Assembly: GCA_963725665.1 (NCBI GenBank)
Contig: CAVRZA010000006.1
Location: 1 to 64,000, forward strand
Direction of reading: 5' to 3'
DNA length: 64,000 bases
DNA from: an uncultured Actinomycetes bacterium
Lineage (GTDB): Bacteria > Actinomycetota > Thermoleophilia > UBA2241
Position numbers and translations under genes: made by a program. Below are positions 22,263-33,129 of this stretch, piece by piece. The notes beneath the pieces are model-generated. The model saw only the letters and a program-made list of their open reading frames with translations. It was not told the DNA's origin and did not search any database. How positions within the stretch are numbered: position 1 is the stretch's first letter; every line of letters starts with the position of its first letter.

Positions 22263-22769
22263 ATGGCACACCAGCCGGTATTCCTCTTCCTCGGCGTCTA
22301 CGGCGATCCCGCCGTCGCCCGTGAAGACCTTGAGGTCGTCCGCGACCTCCATGCCTCCGGCGTCATCGGCACGTACGATGCCGCGATCGCCGTCAAAGAC
22401 ACCGACGGCTCCGTCCACGTGGACAAGTGGGAGAAGCCGACCCAGCACGGCGCCTGGTGGGGCATCGGCGCCGGCGCCGTGGTCGGCATCCTCTTCCCGC
22501 CGTCGCTCATCGGCGCAGCGGCCGTGGGCGGCGTGACCGGTGGCCTGATCGGTCACTTCCACGGCGGCATGTCGCGCAAGGATGTGCACGAGCTCGGCGA
22601 GATGCTCGATTCCGGCGACGCCTGCCTCATCGTCATAGGCAAGGACAAGCTCGAGGAGGCCCTGGAGAAGGCCAATCTCAGGGCGCAGAAGAAGATCGAG
22701 AAGCAGCTCGCCATCGACGGCAAGGATCTCGAGAAGGAGCTCTCCGACGCCCAGAAGGCGGCCAGCTGA
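22263..22769 (+). CDS. DUF1269-family protein
   Basis: YDAAIAVKD, GAWWGIGAGAVVGILFPPSLIG, GMSRKDVHELGEML; paralogue of 31138..31650. Confidence 0.8.
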   Translation: MAHQPVFLFLGVYGDPAVAREDLEVVRDLHASGVIGTYDAAIAVKDTDGSVHVDKWEKPTQHGAWWGIGAGAVVGILFPPSLIGAAAVGGVTGGLIGHFHGGMSRKDVHELGEMLDSGDACLIVIGKDKLEEALEKANLRAQKKIEKQLAIDGKDLEKELSDAQKAAS

Positions 22770-22826
22770 GACGTCCCACAACTACCAGCAAGACGGACTA
22801 TCGAACCCAGAGCAGAGAGGAACCCC

Positions 22827-23279
22827 ATGAGTGACGACATCGAGAAGCAGCTCGAAGACATCGAGGCCATGTTCGCGCAGGTGGCGCGCGAGCATGACCA
22901 CCGAGGGCGACCAGCGTGACCCTCCACGGCCTCTCGCCCGCCACCCTCTACTTCTCCGATCGCCCGCAGCGCGTGGTGGGCCACCTCACCACGCAGCAGT
23001 TCGTCGAGGAGTGGGGCAAGGGCGAGAACAGCTTCGCCGTGGACCCGCCGAACGCCGTGATCTCCTTCGTAGAGAAGCGGCGACGAGACTCCTGAGGACG
23101 CCATCGTGGTGCTCAAGGATCCGCAGCTTGAGGGCGACTCGCTCACCTACACGGTGGACATCCTCGAGGGCAGCCTGCCGCCCAAGGGCGAGCTCGTCTC
23201 CGTATTCATCGACCCCTTCGGCCGCCCGCTCTCGCCGGTGTCGCTGGCGGGCATGAACCGGCGCGCGCGGCGTCGGTAG
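22827..23279 (+). CDS. Hypothetical protein (frameshifted)
   Basis: Reconstructed TLYFSDRPQRVVGH...SFAVDPPNA...SVFIDPFGRPLSPVSLAGMNRRARRR; GAGG RBS. Confidence 0.65.
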
Positions 23280-23365
23280 TTCCAGGAGCCCTGCCGACGT
23301 GTCGATCGTCGTCGACCACGAACCGAAGCTGAGGCGGCCACCGCAAGACACACAATGAGCTGCCA

Positions 23366-24766
23366 GTGAGTCCCGAAGCTGAAACGACGCCACAGGCCAC
23401 TGACACGCCGGCGGCCCGCGAGGCCGACCCGGCCGAGGAAGCGCGCGAGCCACTACTCCTGTACGTCCACGTCATCGTCGTGTCGATCATCGGCGGCTTC
23501 GCCGTGCTCGGCTGGTTCGCCCTCTACGAGTGGCTTAACAAGAAGCTCTGGGACAACAGCTTCGTCTCGTCCCACCACTGGATGTTCCCCGTCATCTGTC
23601 TGCCGCTGTCGCTGGTCGTGGGCCTGCTCGTGAAGTACTTCAAGGCGCCGAACAACCTCGAGGGTTCCATGCTCGACAGCCTGACCGGCGACGTCTCGCA
23701 CCTGCAGTGGAAGAACCTTCCCGTGACCGTCGTCCAGTCGCTCGTGTCGCTGTTCTCGGGAGCCGTGCTGGGCCCCGAAGGAGCGATCGGCAGCATCTCC
23801 TCCAAGATCGCGGCGTTCTACTGCGACACGTTCAGGATCCCCGTGGCCGACAGGCCGAAGCTGGTCTTCACGAGCGTCTCCTCGGCCTACAACGGCCTGC
23901 TCGAAAGCCCCGTCTTCACCGCCGTTCTGGGCACGGAGGTCTCACCGGACAAGAAGGCCTGGTTGGCCACGCTGCCGGCCACCCTGATCGGCGGCGGCAT
24001 AGGGTATGCGATCTTTCTGCTCTCGGGCTCTTCCGGGTTTGCGAACTTCCTGCACCTGCCGCCCGTCCAGCACTACGTCGCGCTCGACATCGTCTACGTC
24101 TTCCTGCTGGCGCTCGTGGGCATCGTGCTGGCCGTGCTCACGGGGCTCTTCATGCGGCTGGCCATCCGTCTGTTCAGCCGCTTCCAGGAGCGCATCGTCA
24201 CGCGAGCGCTCCTCGCGGGCGTGATCTTCAGCGTGGTGGGCTACTTCGCGCCGCTTGTCATGTTCTCGGGCGAGAGCCAGTCGAAGACGCTCATCGCCAA
24301 TGCAGCCAGCTACGGCGTCGCGCTGCTCCTTCTGATCGCCGTGGTCAAGCTCGCCCTCCTGGCGGTGGGGTTCAAGAGCGGCTTTCTGGGGGGTCCGACG
24401 TTCCCGCTGATCTTCGCCTCGACCTCCGTGGCCCTCGCCCTGAACATCGTGTTTCCCGGGATCCCCATCACGATCCTCGTCGCGGGGATCATGGCCAGCG
24501 CCGTCTACGTGCTCTTCAGGACGCCGCTCATGGTCGTGCTGCTGACGGCGTTCATGCTGAACGCCACACCCGACCTGACCGCCCTGATCGTCCTGTCGGT
24601 GGCCACGGCGATGATCGTCGCGCCGCAGCCTCCAAAGAGCGATCGCGGCGAGGCAGGCCAAGCGGCAGGCAACACGGCCCACCTCCGCCTAGGTCTCAGG
24701 GGTTGTGACGGGCGGGGTCGAGCGTCTACGCCGTCTCGATCGCTCCTTCGGCCTCCTCGCCGTTGA
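23366..24766 (+). CDS. CLC/EriC-family chloride channel or antiporter (C-terminus uncertain)
   Basis: GAVLGPEGA, GFLGGPTFP, about 11 hydrophobic segments. Confidence 0.8.
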   Translation: MSPEAETTPQATDTPAAREADPAEEAREPLLLYVHVIVVSIIGGFAVLGWFALYEWLNKKLWDNSFVSSHHWMFPVICLPLSLVVGLLVKYFKAPNNLEGSMLDSLTGDVSHLQWKNLPVTVVQSLVSLFSGAVLGPEGAIGSISSKIAAFYCDTFRIPVADRPKLVFTSVSSAYNGLLESPVFTAVLGTEVSPDKKAWLATLPATLIGGGIGYAIFLLSGSSGFANFLHLPPVQHYVALDIVYVFLLALVGIVLAVLTGLFMRLAIRLFSRFQERIVTRALLAGVIFSVVGYFAPLVMFSGESQSKTLIANAASYGVALLLLIAVVKLALLAVGFKSGFLGGPTFPLIFASTSVALALNIVFPGIPITILVAGIMASAVYVLFRTPLMVVLLTAFMLNATPDLTALIVLSVATAMIVAPQPPKSDRGEAGQAAGNTAHLRLGLRGCDGRGRASTPSRSLLRPPRR

Positions 24767-24886
24767 GCGAGCACAGTCCACGGAAAGCACACCAGGCCGC
24801 CGGCTCGTCGCGCACGGGATCACCCATCTGCGATACTGGCGACGTCGACCCCCGACCACCAAACGACAGGCAACGGAGCAAGTGGC

Positions 24887-25564
24887 ATGGTGCAGGAGAG
24901 GCCTACGTCATCTGACGCACAACCCGTGATCGGCGAGGCCCGCTGGCCGATGGCGGCCGCGGTCCTCGCCGTCATCGTCCTGACGCTGTTGCTGCCGCAC
25001 AGCCTCATCGTGCGCCCACGGTGGGGGGTGCCGATCGTCGAAGGCGTCTTGCTCGTCGCCGTGATCATCGGCGATCCGGGCAAGATCGACCGACGCTCGA
25101 GACCGGTGCGCACGCTCTCCGTAACGCTGATCGCGCTCCTGGTAGCCACCGCACTGTGGTGCACGACCGCGCTCATCGTGGAGCTCATCCGCGGCGGGCC
25201 GGCCACCGAGTCGGGCGGAGCCCTGCTCGCCGCCGGCGGCATCGTGTGGCTGTCCAACTGCATCGCCTTCGGCCTGCTCTACTGGGAGCTCGACAGCGGC
25301 GGGCCGGCCGTACGCGCCCACGGGCTGCCGGCCCATCCCGACTTCGCCTTTCCCCAGCAGCTCTCACCGGAGCTCGCCCCAAAGGATTGGCGCCCGCGGT
25401 TCGTCGACTACCTCTACCTCGGCTTCACCAGCGCCACCGCGTTCAGCCCGACCGACGCCATGCCGCTGCGCCCGTGGAACAAGATCGCCATGATGGCCCA
25501 GTCGACCATCTCGCTGGTCCTTCTGGGTCTCGTGATCGCGCGCGCCGTCAACGTCCTGGCCTAG
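24887..25564 (+). CDS. DUF1345-family membrane protein
   Basis: DFAFPQ, WRPRFVDYLYLGFTSATAFSPTD, ARAVN. Confidence 0.8.
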   Translation: MVQERPTSSDAQPVIGEARWPMAAAVLAVIVLTLLLPHSLIVRPRWGVPIVEGVLLVAVIIGDPGKIDRRSRPVRTLSVTLIALLVATALWCTTALIVELIRGGPATESGGALLAAGGIVWLSNCIAFGLLYWELDSGGPAVRAHGLPAHPDFAFPQQLSPELAPKDWRPRFVDYLYLGFTSATAFSPTDAMPLRPWNKIAMMAQSTISLVLLGLVIARAVNVLA

Positions 25565-25627
25565 AGCCGGACCGCCTCCACAACGAGCGTGAGTCGGCAG
25601 GCGATCCCCCGACGCTGACCGTACTCG

Positions 25628-26331
25628 TCAGAGTCCTGTTCTTGCGGGCGCTCGCCGGCCTCCCGTAACCAGGACGTAAATGCTGACGGCCGCCACCCAC
25701 ACGCCAAAGAGAAGCACGATCGGCTCAAAGAACGTGATGCTGAGTATGAGCACGGCTGCAGTCGCGAAGCCGCTCAAGGATGTCCAGCGCGGCCAGCGCG
25801 ACCGCCGGATGATCGTCGACGTGGCCAGCGTGAAGACGCCGGCCACCTTGGCCGCGTAGACGAACAAGAAGGAGTAGCCGACAGAGCGTGCGAAGCCCAC
25901 GGTCGCCACTGGGCGGAGTAGCCGTCCCGAAGCGATTGCCAGCGACGAGCGCCGCCGATGACGGCGGCAGCGGCGAACAGCATGGCGACGAAGAGTAGGC
26001 CACTGCCAAGGAAGACGGTAGCGAAGAACTTGTCTTCGTGCTCGCCGATGCGGTCGCGGATGACGCCGATGAACCACAAGAAGGCGATCCCGGCGAACGG
26101 CACCATGTAGAGCCCGACCAGTGCCAGCGTCGAGCCTGAGCCGGTCAGGTGGCGCATCACCGTCTGGTTGTCGAGCCCGCGACCCATGCTGTGCCGCAAG
26201 AAGAGGAGCGCAAGCATGAACAGGACGGCGAAGACGACCCCCGCCACCCCGGCGGCTCGCGGCGTCGTCAGGCTACGCTCCGCGGCGCTCTCGAACGTCG
26301 GCGTTGTGTCGGACGGCTCTCCAAAGGCCAT
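25628..26331 (-). CDS. Hypothetical membrane protein (frameshift ~25940)
   Basis: TPRAAGVAG, PFAGIAFLWFIGVIRDRIGEHEDKFFATVFLGSGLLF; continues in ORF 25628.. Confidence 0.7.
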
Positions 26332-26399
26332 CGCTGCTCCCTCGGGTCGCTCACCGCGCCCGCCTGAGCACCTTGCGGCGAGATCGCCTGCACCCCTCT

Positions 26400-26625
26400 T
26401 CCCTACCCGATACCCCTCGCGTCGGGCTCCAAAGCTGTCTTTGACGCGCCGTCATCCTTACCCCCTGGTCGACGGTCTCGTGCAGCAGGGTCTTGTGGCG
26501 TTCCAAAGCAGGCCTGCGGTTCTTCGGCATGACCTCGAGGACGTCTTCGGGCAGGCAGAGAGGCGCCGGGTCACCTGCGGTGACCCGGCGCCGAACTTCC
26601 TGATCAAGGTCAGCTCAAGACCTGA
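26400..26625 (-). pseudogene. DUF2254-like C-terminal remnant
   Basis: LTLIRKFGAGSPQVTRRL / PEDVLEVMPKNRRPAL in two frames, with no N-terminal part. Confidence 0.4.
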
Positions 26626-26838
26626 ACTTCCCCAGGCCGACACGCATCATCTGCGACGGCACCGTCTACATCGAGCAGGCGCGCCCTGCCGACGATGGCT
26701 CCTGAATCGAGGCAGACGAGTGCACCGCCTCGTCGTTCGTCCTGATCGGCGACCACGTCAGCATTCAGCCGTCGCTGACGGGTCTGAGGGATGGCGAAGG
26801 GACGGCGCCGCAACGCGGCCGCCGTCGTGCCGCGTCGC

Positions 26839-27500
26839 CTATGTACGCGACCGCCTTTCAGCATCTCGCTCCTGCTGGCGCTTCGTACCCAGGTTCTGCA
26901 CGACCAGCGAGACGACCGTGATGAGGTAGAGCTGGCCGAAGATGGCCTCCATCACGGCCAGCATCCTACCGACATTCGGCGTCGATGTGTAGTCGCCGTA
27001 GCCCAACGTGGTCATGGTGACAAAGCTGAAGTAGATGTAGTCGATCGCCGTCGGGTAGCTGGTCTGCACGAAGAACGGCTGGCCGGGATCACGGCGGTCA
27101 GGGCGAACAGAGTCGCGAAGAGCTACGCGATGAGCAGGTAGACGCAGACGGCGCCGAGGAAGGTCTCGATCGAGAGCGCCATGTTGCGGGCGAGGTGCCA
27201 GCCGATGGCGATGGGGGCAGCGATGACGAGGACCAGCGAGATCGCCCCGGTCACCGCGTGAGCGACGTTCTCCTGCCCGATCAGCAGGGACGCGATGGCG
27301 ACGAGGCAGAGCACGGGGATCAAAGCTTGGGCGATGCGCATCGAGCGACGCTGCATCTGCGAGGCGCGCAGCGCGATCCAGGTCGCGGCCGCAAGCACGA
27401 GCACGACGATGACGCGGCCCCAGGTGTGGTCGCCGAGCGCCGCGTAGCAGAAGTACGAGATCACAAGCAGCAGGAGCACGAGCCCGTGGCGTTCGGTCAA
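26839..27500 (-). CDS. Potassium channel family protein (Ion_trans_2; frameshift ~27110)
   Basis: YFSFVTMTTLGYGD selectivity filter, EAIFGQLY. Confidence 0.85.
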
Positions 27501-27593
27501 GCGGCGTCGCGGCCCGAAGGGTCCCTCGATCTTGTCGGGCGGCGCCCAATCGGCGCCGAGGCGAACTGCTCGTCGCTCATGCTCGCTGCCGAC

Positions 27594-28648
27594 TCAGGCG
27601 GTCTTAGGCGCTGCCTTGGCGCTGCGCTTCTTCAGCCGATCCAGGAGGAGCGTGACGAGGACGGCGAGGGCCACGCCGGCGAACGTGTACAGCACCCGCC
27701 GGCCCTCGGCGCTGAAGTTGGTCGGGTTGGGCAGGTCCAGGGCAATGAGGACGGCCCCGGCGAGCGCGGCGCAGAAGAGGGCGTAGTTGACCTTGAATAG
27801 CGAGGCCATTGCGGCAAAGAAGATGACGATGACCGCCACCAAGGCGTGCTTGCTGTCGACCGTCAGCAGAAAGACGGCGGCCACAAGGGCGCCGATCAGC
27901 GTGCCGACCACGCGCTGCTCACCCAGCAGGGTGGACTGCGCAAGATCCGGCTTCAGTGCGATGATCGTGCCGACCGGCATCAAGAACGCCTGGGGCACGT
28001 TCAGGCCGAAGGGAATGGCCACCGCGACCGCCACGGTGAGGGCGCGAATCACAGCAAAGAGGACGACCGGGCGGGACAGCTCGATAGGCTTCGCATGCCC
28101 GGGGGTCTCGGCGGCCTGCTGGGGCGGCCGCACGCGAGCGCGGAGCAGCCGGAGGACGAAGGTGACGCCGAGACAGAGGCCGGTCCCGACGAGCCATGCC
28201 AACGCCTGCTTTAAGCTGCTCGTCTTGACCCCGCTGGTGTGGTAGCCGGCCGCCAGGCTGAGCGCGACGATGAACCAGATGTTGAGGAACACTGCGACGA
28301 TCAAGACGGGCAGCCCGAAGCGCAAGGAGAGCCCGGCCGCCAGAGTGACGAGCAAGGCGGCCAGCACAATGAGGCCCCAGCCCCCCGTGCCGAGACTGAA
28401 GGCGAGGGCCGTGAGCAGCGCGCCCACCACCTCGAGGAACGCCAAGTCTCGCCCCGATGCGCATAGTTGCCACCTGTGACCCTGATGACCACGAACACGA
28501 CGCCGAAGGTGGCGCTCAGCCAGTAGTGCTGCCAGTGCAGCGCGCTGAGGACGAAGAACAGCGCCACCAAGGCCGCGGCGACGCTCACGCCTAGCGGGAC
28601 CTCGAGGGCCTTCCACCTGCACTCGAACACCTTCGCCAGTTGGCTCAC
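27594..28648 (-). CDS. FUSC-family membrane protein (frameshift ~28470)
   Basis: QRVVGTLIGA, RVLYTFAGV, many TM segments. Confidence 0.7.
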
Positions 28649-29028
28649 GACGCCTGCCTCACGAGGTCGGGAATGTGAGCCTACTCCTACCGTGATGAGG
28701 TTCGGACGATACCCTGGTGAAGGGGACGCAGGTGGTCAAGCAGTGCGTCAAGCGAACCCCGACTCATCCGACTGCCTGTTCCTGCCGGGCACGTCGACTG
28801 TGCTCGCTGGGCGGAGAGCGCCCTCCCCGAGGAGGCGCTCGGCGATGGTGGCGCTCGCTTCGCAGCAGCGGATCCTACGGTTCAGCCCCGTGCCCAACGG
28901 CGCCGTGCTCGAGACATAGGAAGGCTCGTAGTGAGGCTCTTCATTTGACCCTGCTGCCGACCCGCGCGTCGGATACGTGGGCGCGCACGTCCGCCTCGAC
29001 GGACGCCCAGCCGGCGAAGTCCCAAGGC

Positions 29029-29057
29029 GGTTAGACATCACGACCTTATGGTTAGAC
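29029..29057 (+). promoter_or_regulatory. Direct repeat upstream of the aquaporin gene
   Basis: GGTTAGAC-N13-GGTTAGAC (21-bp period). Confidence 0.35.
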
Positions 29058-29112
29058 TAGTGGCCAAACGGCGTCCACGTTGGTCGCCGTTTTTCGACAG
29101 GAGGCGTGGAAG

Positions 29113-29956
29113 ATGGCGGACGAGAAGCGGGAGCGCGGGAGCTCACGGGCGGTTCGGCGGAAGGCTTGCGCCGGGGTCATGCACTCCTGGAGCTCGAGTT
29201 CGGCAAGACCTGGGACTTCGACGACCCGAGCACACGAGTGGCGGCGCCTGTTCTCCGAGTTGCTCGGCACGTTCTTCCTCGTTCTCGTCGGCGCCGGCGG
29301 AGCGGTCGTCAACGCGCAGTCCAACGGCGCCATCGGCCGCGTCGCGTCGGTCACCGCACCGGGCCTCATGGTGATGGCGATCATCCTCTTCATGGGCGCC
29401 GTCTCCGGCGCGCACCTCAACCCCGCCGTCAGCATCGCCTTCGCGGCCCGCGGCGACTTCCCCTGGCGCCGCGTGCCCGGCTACGTCGTCGTGCAGCTGC
29501 TCGGCGCGACGCTGGCCTGCCTCTTCCTGTGGGCACTGCTCGGCAAGCTGGGCATGCTCGGGGCCACGGAGCCCGGCCCGGGGATCAGCACCACGCCAGG
29601 CGATGTTCATGGAGCTCGTCCTCACCGTCGGTCTCGTCAGCACCATCCTGGGGACCGCCTCGGGCGCCCAGAACGTGGGCGTCTTCGGCGCCATCGGCGT
29701 CGGCGGCTACATCATCCTCGCCGGCCTCTGGTCGAGCCCCATCAGCGGCGCCTCGATGAACCCGGCGCGCTCGTTCGGGCCCGACCTGGCGCTGCTCGAC
29801 TTCACCAACTACTGGGCCTACGTCGTCGGCCCGATCGCCGGAGCGCTCATCGCCGTCGGCTTCGCCTGGATCCTCCGGGGCCCCGGCGGAGGACGCAGCG
29901 GCGCTGCCGCGGCGCAGGGCCGACTGGACGACCTGATAACTCGCGACCAGAAGTAG
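29113..29956 (+). CDS. MIP/aquaporin family channel (frameshifted)
   Basis: Two NPA boxes: SGAHLNPAVS and GASMNPARSFGP. Confidence 0.9.
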
Positions 29957-30262
29957 TGGTCGTTCCAGGCCGCGGCGCGCGAAGTCCCGTAAGGCCAGCC
30001 CACGCAAGGCGACAGTCGCACCAACGTTTCCCACACGGTGACCACCGGGCAAATAGCAGCACGCAAGTCCGATGGTCGTCGGACCGGCAACGGGCGGCAA
30101 TCACGAAGCGGCGTTGAGAGGGAGCGATGCCTGATTCTCGATTAGGCGGGCAGGGGGCGACGCCACCTTCAGAGGCATCGTTCGTTCTCGGGCGACGGGC
30201 GAGCGCGATCCACCTGCAACCACAGGGGCGATCCGGACCGCCTGTCCCAGCAGTCGGGGCCG

Positions 30263-30952
30263 ATGACCGTTCGAAACCGCCCACAGTCAGTACGTCGGGC
30301 AGATCGCAAGATGTTCGAGGACCGGCCACGGCAGAGAAGGCGGGCGAGTCTCGGCGTGGCGGCGACATCGCATCGGCCGAGTCCGCGGAGCCCGAAGGGC
30401 GCACCGCAACCGGCGCCGGCCGGCGCGCGCATCGGCGTCATCAGCGACAACCACGGCTATCTCGATCCCGCCGTCCTCGAGGTCTTCGCCGGCGTGACCC
30501 ACATCATCCACGCCGGCGACATCATGGACCCCGAGATACTCAACGCGCTCAGGACGGTCGCTCCCGTGACCGCCGTGGCGGGCAACATGGACTCGGGCGG
30601 ACCGACGGCAGAGTTGCCCCGCGAGGTGGCAGGAGAGGTGGCCGGGGTGCGCTTCGTGGTCGGTCACAAACGCAAGCGGCTTCTGAAGCGCCTCACCTCC
30701 GGCCGGATCGAGGGTGGCTCCGAGGGACAGGCGCCCGATCTCGTGATCTACGGTCACGACCACGTGGCGGCGGCCGCCTGGGTCGACGGCACGCTCTTTC
30801 TGAACCCGGGAACGGCCAGCTCACCGGATGACGAGGACGACGGTCCCACGGTGGCCATCGTCTCGGTCAAGCCCGCTGGCCTCGCCGTGTGCTTCATCCC
30901 GCTCGAACGCAGAGATGTGGATGAGACCTCAGCGCGCCCGGGTCGTGCGTGA
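30263..30952 (+). CDS. YfcE/MJ0936-type metallophosphoesterase (start uncertain)
   Basis: ISDNHG, HAGD, VAGNMD, YGHDH, LNPGT. Confidence 0.85.
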   Translation: MTVRNRPQSVRRADRKMFEDRPRQRRRASLGVAATSHRPSPRSPKGAPQPAPAGARIGVISDNHGYLDPAVLEVFAGVTHIIHAGDIMDPEILNALRTVAPVTAVAGNMDSGGPTAELPREVAGEVAGVRFVVGHKRKRLLKRLTSGRIEGGSEGQAPDLVIYGHDHVAAAAWVDGTLFLNPGTASSPDDEDDGPTVAIVSVKPAGLAVCFIPLERRDVDETSARPGRA

Positions 30953-31137
30953 CGCGCTCGCGCCGCCTGACCGGAAGACTTGTACCGCCGTCGACCGCCT
31001 GACCAAACGGCGATCACGGCGGGTGAACGTCCGGGGGACTCCGCGACGCCAAGGGTAGGCAGTCAACAGTGTGGCGGAGCGGCGCTCCGCCTCGCGGTTC
31101 TGATCAAGGCACCAGGATCAACGAAAAGGAGTGGCAA

Positions 31138-31650
31138 ATGGCGGACAAACCAGTCTTCCTCTTCATCGGCGTGTACGACAACCCCGTGCTCGCCAGAGGC
31201 GACCTCGACATCGTCTACGACCTGCACGCCGCGGGAGTCATCGGCACCTATGACGCCGCCGTCGCGGTCAAGGAGCTCGACGGTTCGGTCAGGATCGAGA
31301 AGCACGAGAAGCCAACGCAGCACGGCGCCTGGACGGGGATCGCCGCAGGCGCCGTGGTCGGCATCATCTTCCCACCCTCGATCATTGGCATGGCCGCCGT
31401 GGGCGGCGTCGCCGGCGGCCTCATCGGCCACTTCTGGCGCGGCATGTCGCGCAAGGACGTACACGAGCTCGGTGAGATGCTCGACGCGGGCCAGGCGCTG
31501 CTCATCGTCCTCGGCCAGGACAAGCTGTACGCGGAGTTGCAGAAGGCCAACCTGAAGGCCGAGAAGCAGATTGAGAAAGAGCTCGACATGGAGGGCAAGG
31601 AGCTCGACAAGCAGCTCGCCGACGCGGAGAAGGAGCTGGCCAAAGGCTGA
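31138..31650 (+). CDS. DUF1269-family protein
   Basis: Closely similar to 22263..22769 (PVFLF.GVY, EKPTQHGAW, GMSRKDVHELGEMLD). Confidence 0.82.
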   Translation: MADKPVFLFIGVYDNPVLARGDLDIVYDLHAAGVIGTYDAAVAVKELDGSVRIEKHEKPTQHGAWTGIAAGAVVGIIFPPSIIGMAAVGGVAGGLIGHFWRGMSRKDVHELGEMLDAGQALLIVLGQDKLYAELQKANLKAEKQIEKELDMEGKELDKQLADAEKELAKG

Positions 31651-31686
31651 CCCGCGTGTGAGCGCTCTTGCGCTCCCGAATCGTGT

Positions 31687-32982
31687 CTACCAGTAGCGCT
31701 TTCGCTCGATCAGCGATTCGAGGTAGTGCGACTTCATCTGCTCGCTGGCCATCACCTGCTTCACCGGCGGTAGCCTGAGAACCACGCCGAGGATAGCCGC
31801 CAGGGCACGGTGCCCGGCCCGCGCGTGCTCGGCGAAGACGAGGTTCTGCAGCTTGCCGCGCTCGATGGCCATCAGCACAGTGCGGTGGGCCGAGTCGAGG
31901 GGTGTGATCACGCGCTCTTCGCGCAGCGTCAACGAGAGGGCCCCGCGCCCACAGGCGCGGGTGCAGACGGCGCAGCCAAGACAGCGTTCCTCATCGACGG
32001 CGGCGCTCATGCGGCGTGCCCGCAAGCCGTTGCCGTTGCCCGGCGAGGCGCTCAACAAGAGCATCGCATCCACGGGACAGACGGCAGTGCAGGCCCCGCA
32101 ACCGTTGCAGCGCTGCTCGTCGACGACCGGCAGGAAGCGGGTCGTGTGCACCGGCCGCAGGATGGCGAAGCGCCGCGCCGCGGTCAAGGTATCGCAGCAG
32201 CAGCCGCAGCAGTTGCAGATGAAGTTGGGCCGCACACGCACGTTCTCGGCGTACTGCACGAGATTGTGCTCGTAGGCGTCTTGGAGCAGCTCGATGCCCT
32301 CGCGCGCGTCGAGGGGGCGCGCCAGGTCGTTGCGCAATAAGTAGTCTGCCGCCGTGTCGAAGGCCATGCAGAGCTCGAGCGGCGCGTCGCAGGCCTTCCC
32401 GAGGTGGTGCATCTTGTGCCGGCAGAAGCAGACGCCGACCGCGCGGTGGTCGGCTTCCTCGATGATCGCCGAAGCGAGCTCGTAGTCGAGCACGTGGAGG
32501 GCGTTGTCGCCAGCGAGCGCGGGCTCGTGGACGAGAGTGCGACCGAGCTGCGTCCCGCCGGGCTCGTAGAGCTGACGCATGAAATCGCCTTCGACGTTCA
32601 CATAGCGGTAGAAGAGCTCAGCCAGGGCCTTCTGGCCGCCGTCGGGCGGGACACGCATGAGCGTGAGCTCGAAGAAGCCGGCCATGGGCGGCGGCATGAA
32701 GTACACCCGTTGGCCGTTGAGGCCGGTGTCGACGACAAGGCCCTTGGCCGCGAGGCGGTCGAGAGTGCGCTCGGCCTCGGCAGGGCCCACCTTCCAGGCG
32801 CGCGCGGCGGCGGCGACCTTGAAGGGCGCCAGGGGAAGCTGGGCGACCAGGCGCGCCTCCTCCTCGGTGAAGATGCGCGCCAGGATCTCGTAGAGCAGCT
32901 CCGACGGCGGCGCCCCCGTGGGAAACCGATTCATCCGCCGGGTGAGCTCTTCGTAAACAGGCTTTGCGCTGTGATGGGCCAT
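31687..32982 (-). CDS. 4Fe-4S ferredoxin-domain protein
   Basis: CFCRH, CNCCGCCC, CNGCGACTAVCP, CLGCAVCTRAC. Confidence 0.85.
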   Translation of the reverse strand: MAHHSAKPVYEELTRRMNRFPTGAPPSELLYEILARIFTEEEARLVAQLPLAPFKVAAAARAWKVGPAEAERTLDRLAAKGLVVDTGLNGQRVYFMPPPMAGFFELTLMRVPPDGGQKALAELFYRYVNVEGDFMRQLYEPGGTQLGRTLVHEPALAGDNALHVLDYELASAIIEEADHRAVGVCFCRHKMHHLGKACDAPLELCMAFDTAADYLLRNDLARPLDAREGIELLQDAYEHNLVQYAENVRVRPNFICNCCGCCCDTLTAARRFAILRPVHTTRFLPVVDEQRCNGCGACTAVCPVDAMLLLSASPGNGNGLRARRMSAAVDEERCLGCAVCTRACGRGALSLTLREERVITPLDSAHRTVLMAIERGKLQNLVFAEHARAGHRALAAILGVVLRLPPVKQVMASEQMKSHYLESLIERKRYW

Positions 32983-33129
32983 GGCTAGGGCGCGACGCGT
33001 CGCCGAACAGGATAGCAGACACGCGCGGCGACAAGACGTTGCCGTTTGGTGCAAGCAGTAGCAGGTTCATAACGGAGGGCAAAGTCGGCGCGCGGGCACC
33101 AGGCGCATATCCGCGCGCGAGGGGGTGAG

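Noticed and set aside
29013-29996. GCGAAGTCCC(GT)AAGGC on both sides of the aquaporin gene as a ribozyme or att site
   Set aside because: Short and imperfect, lacks hammerhead or twister core elements, and there is no integrase.
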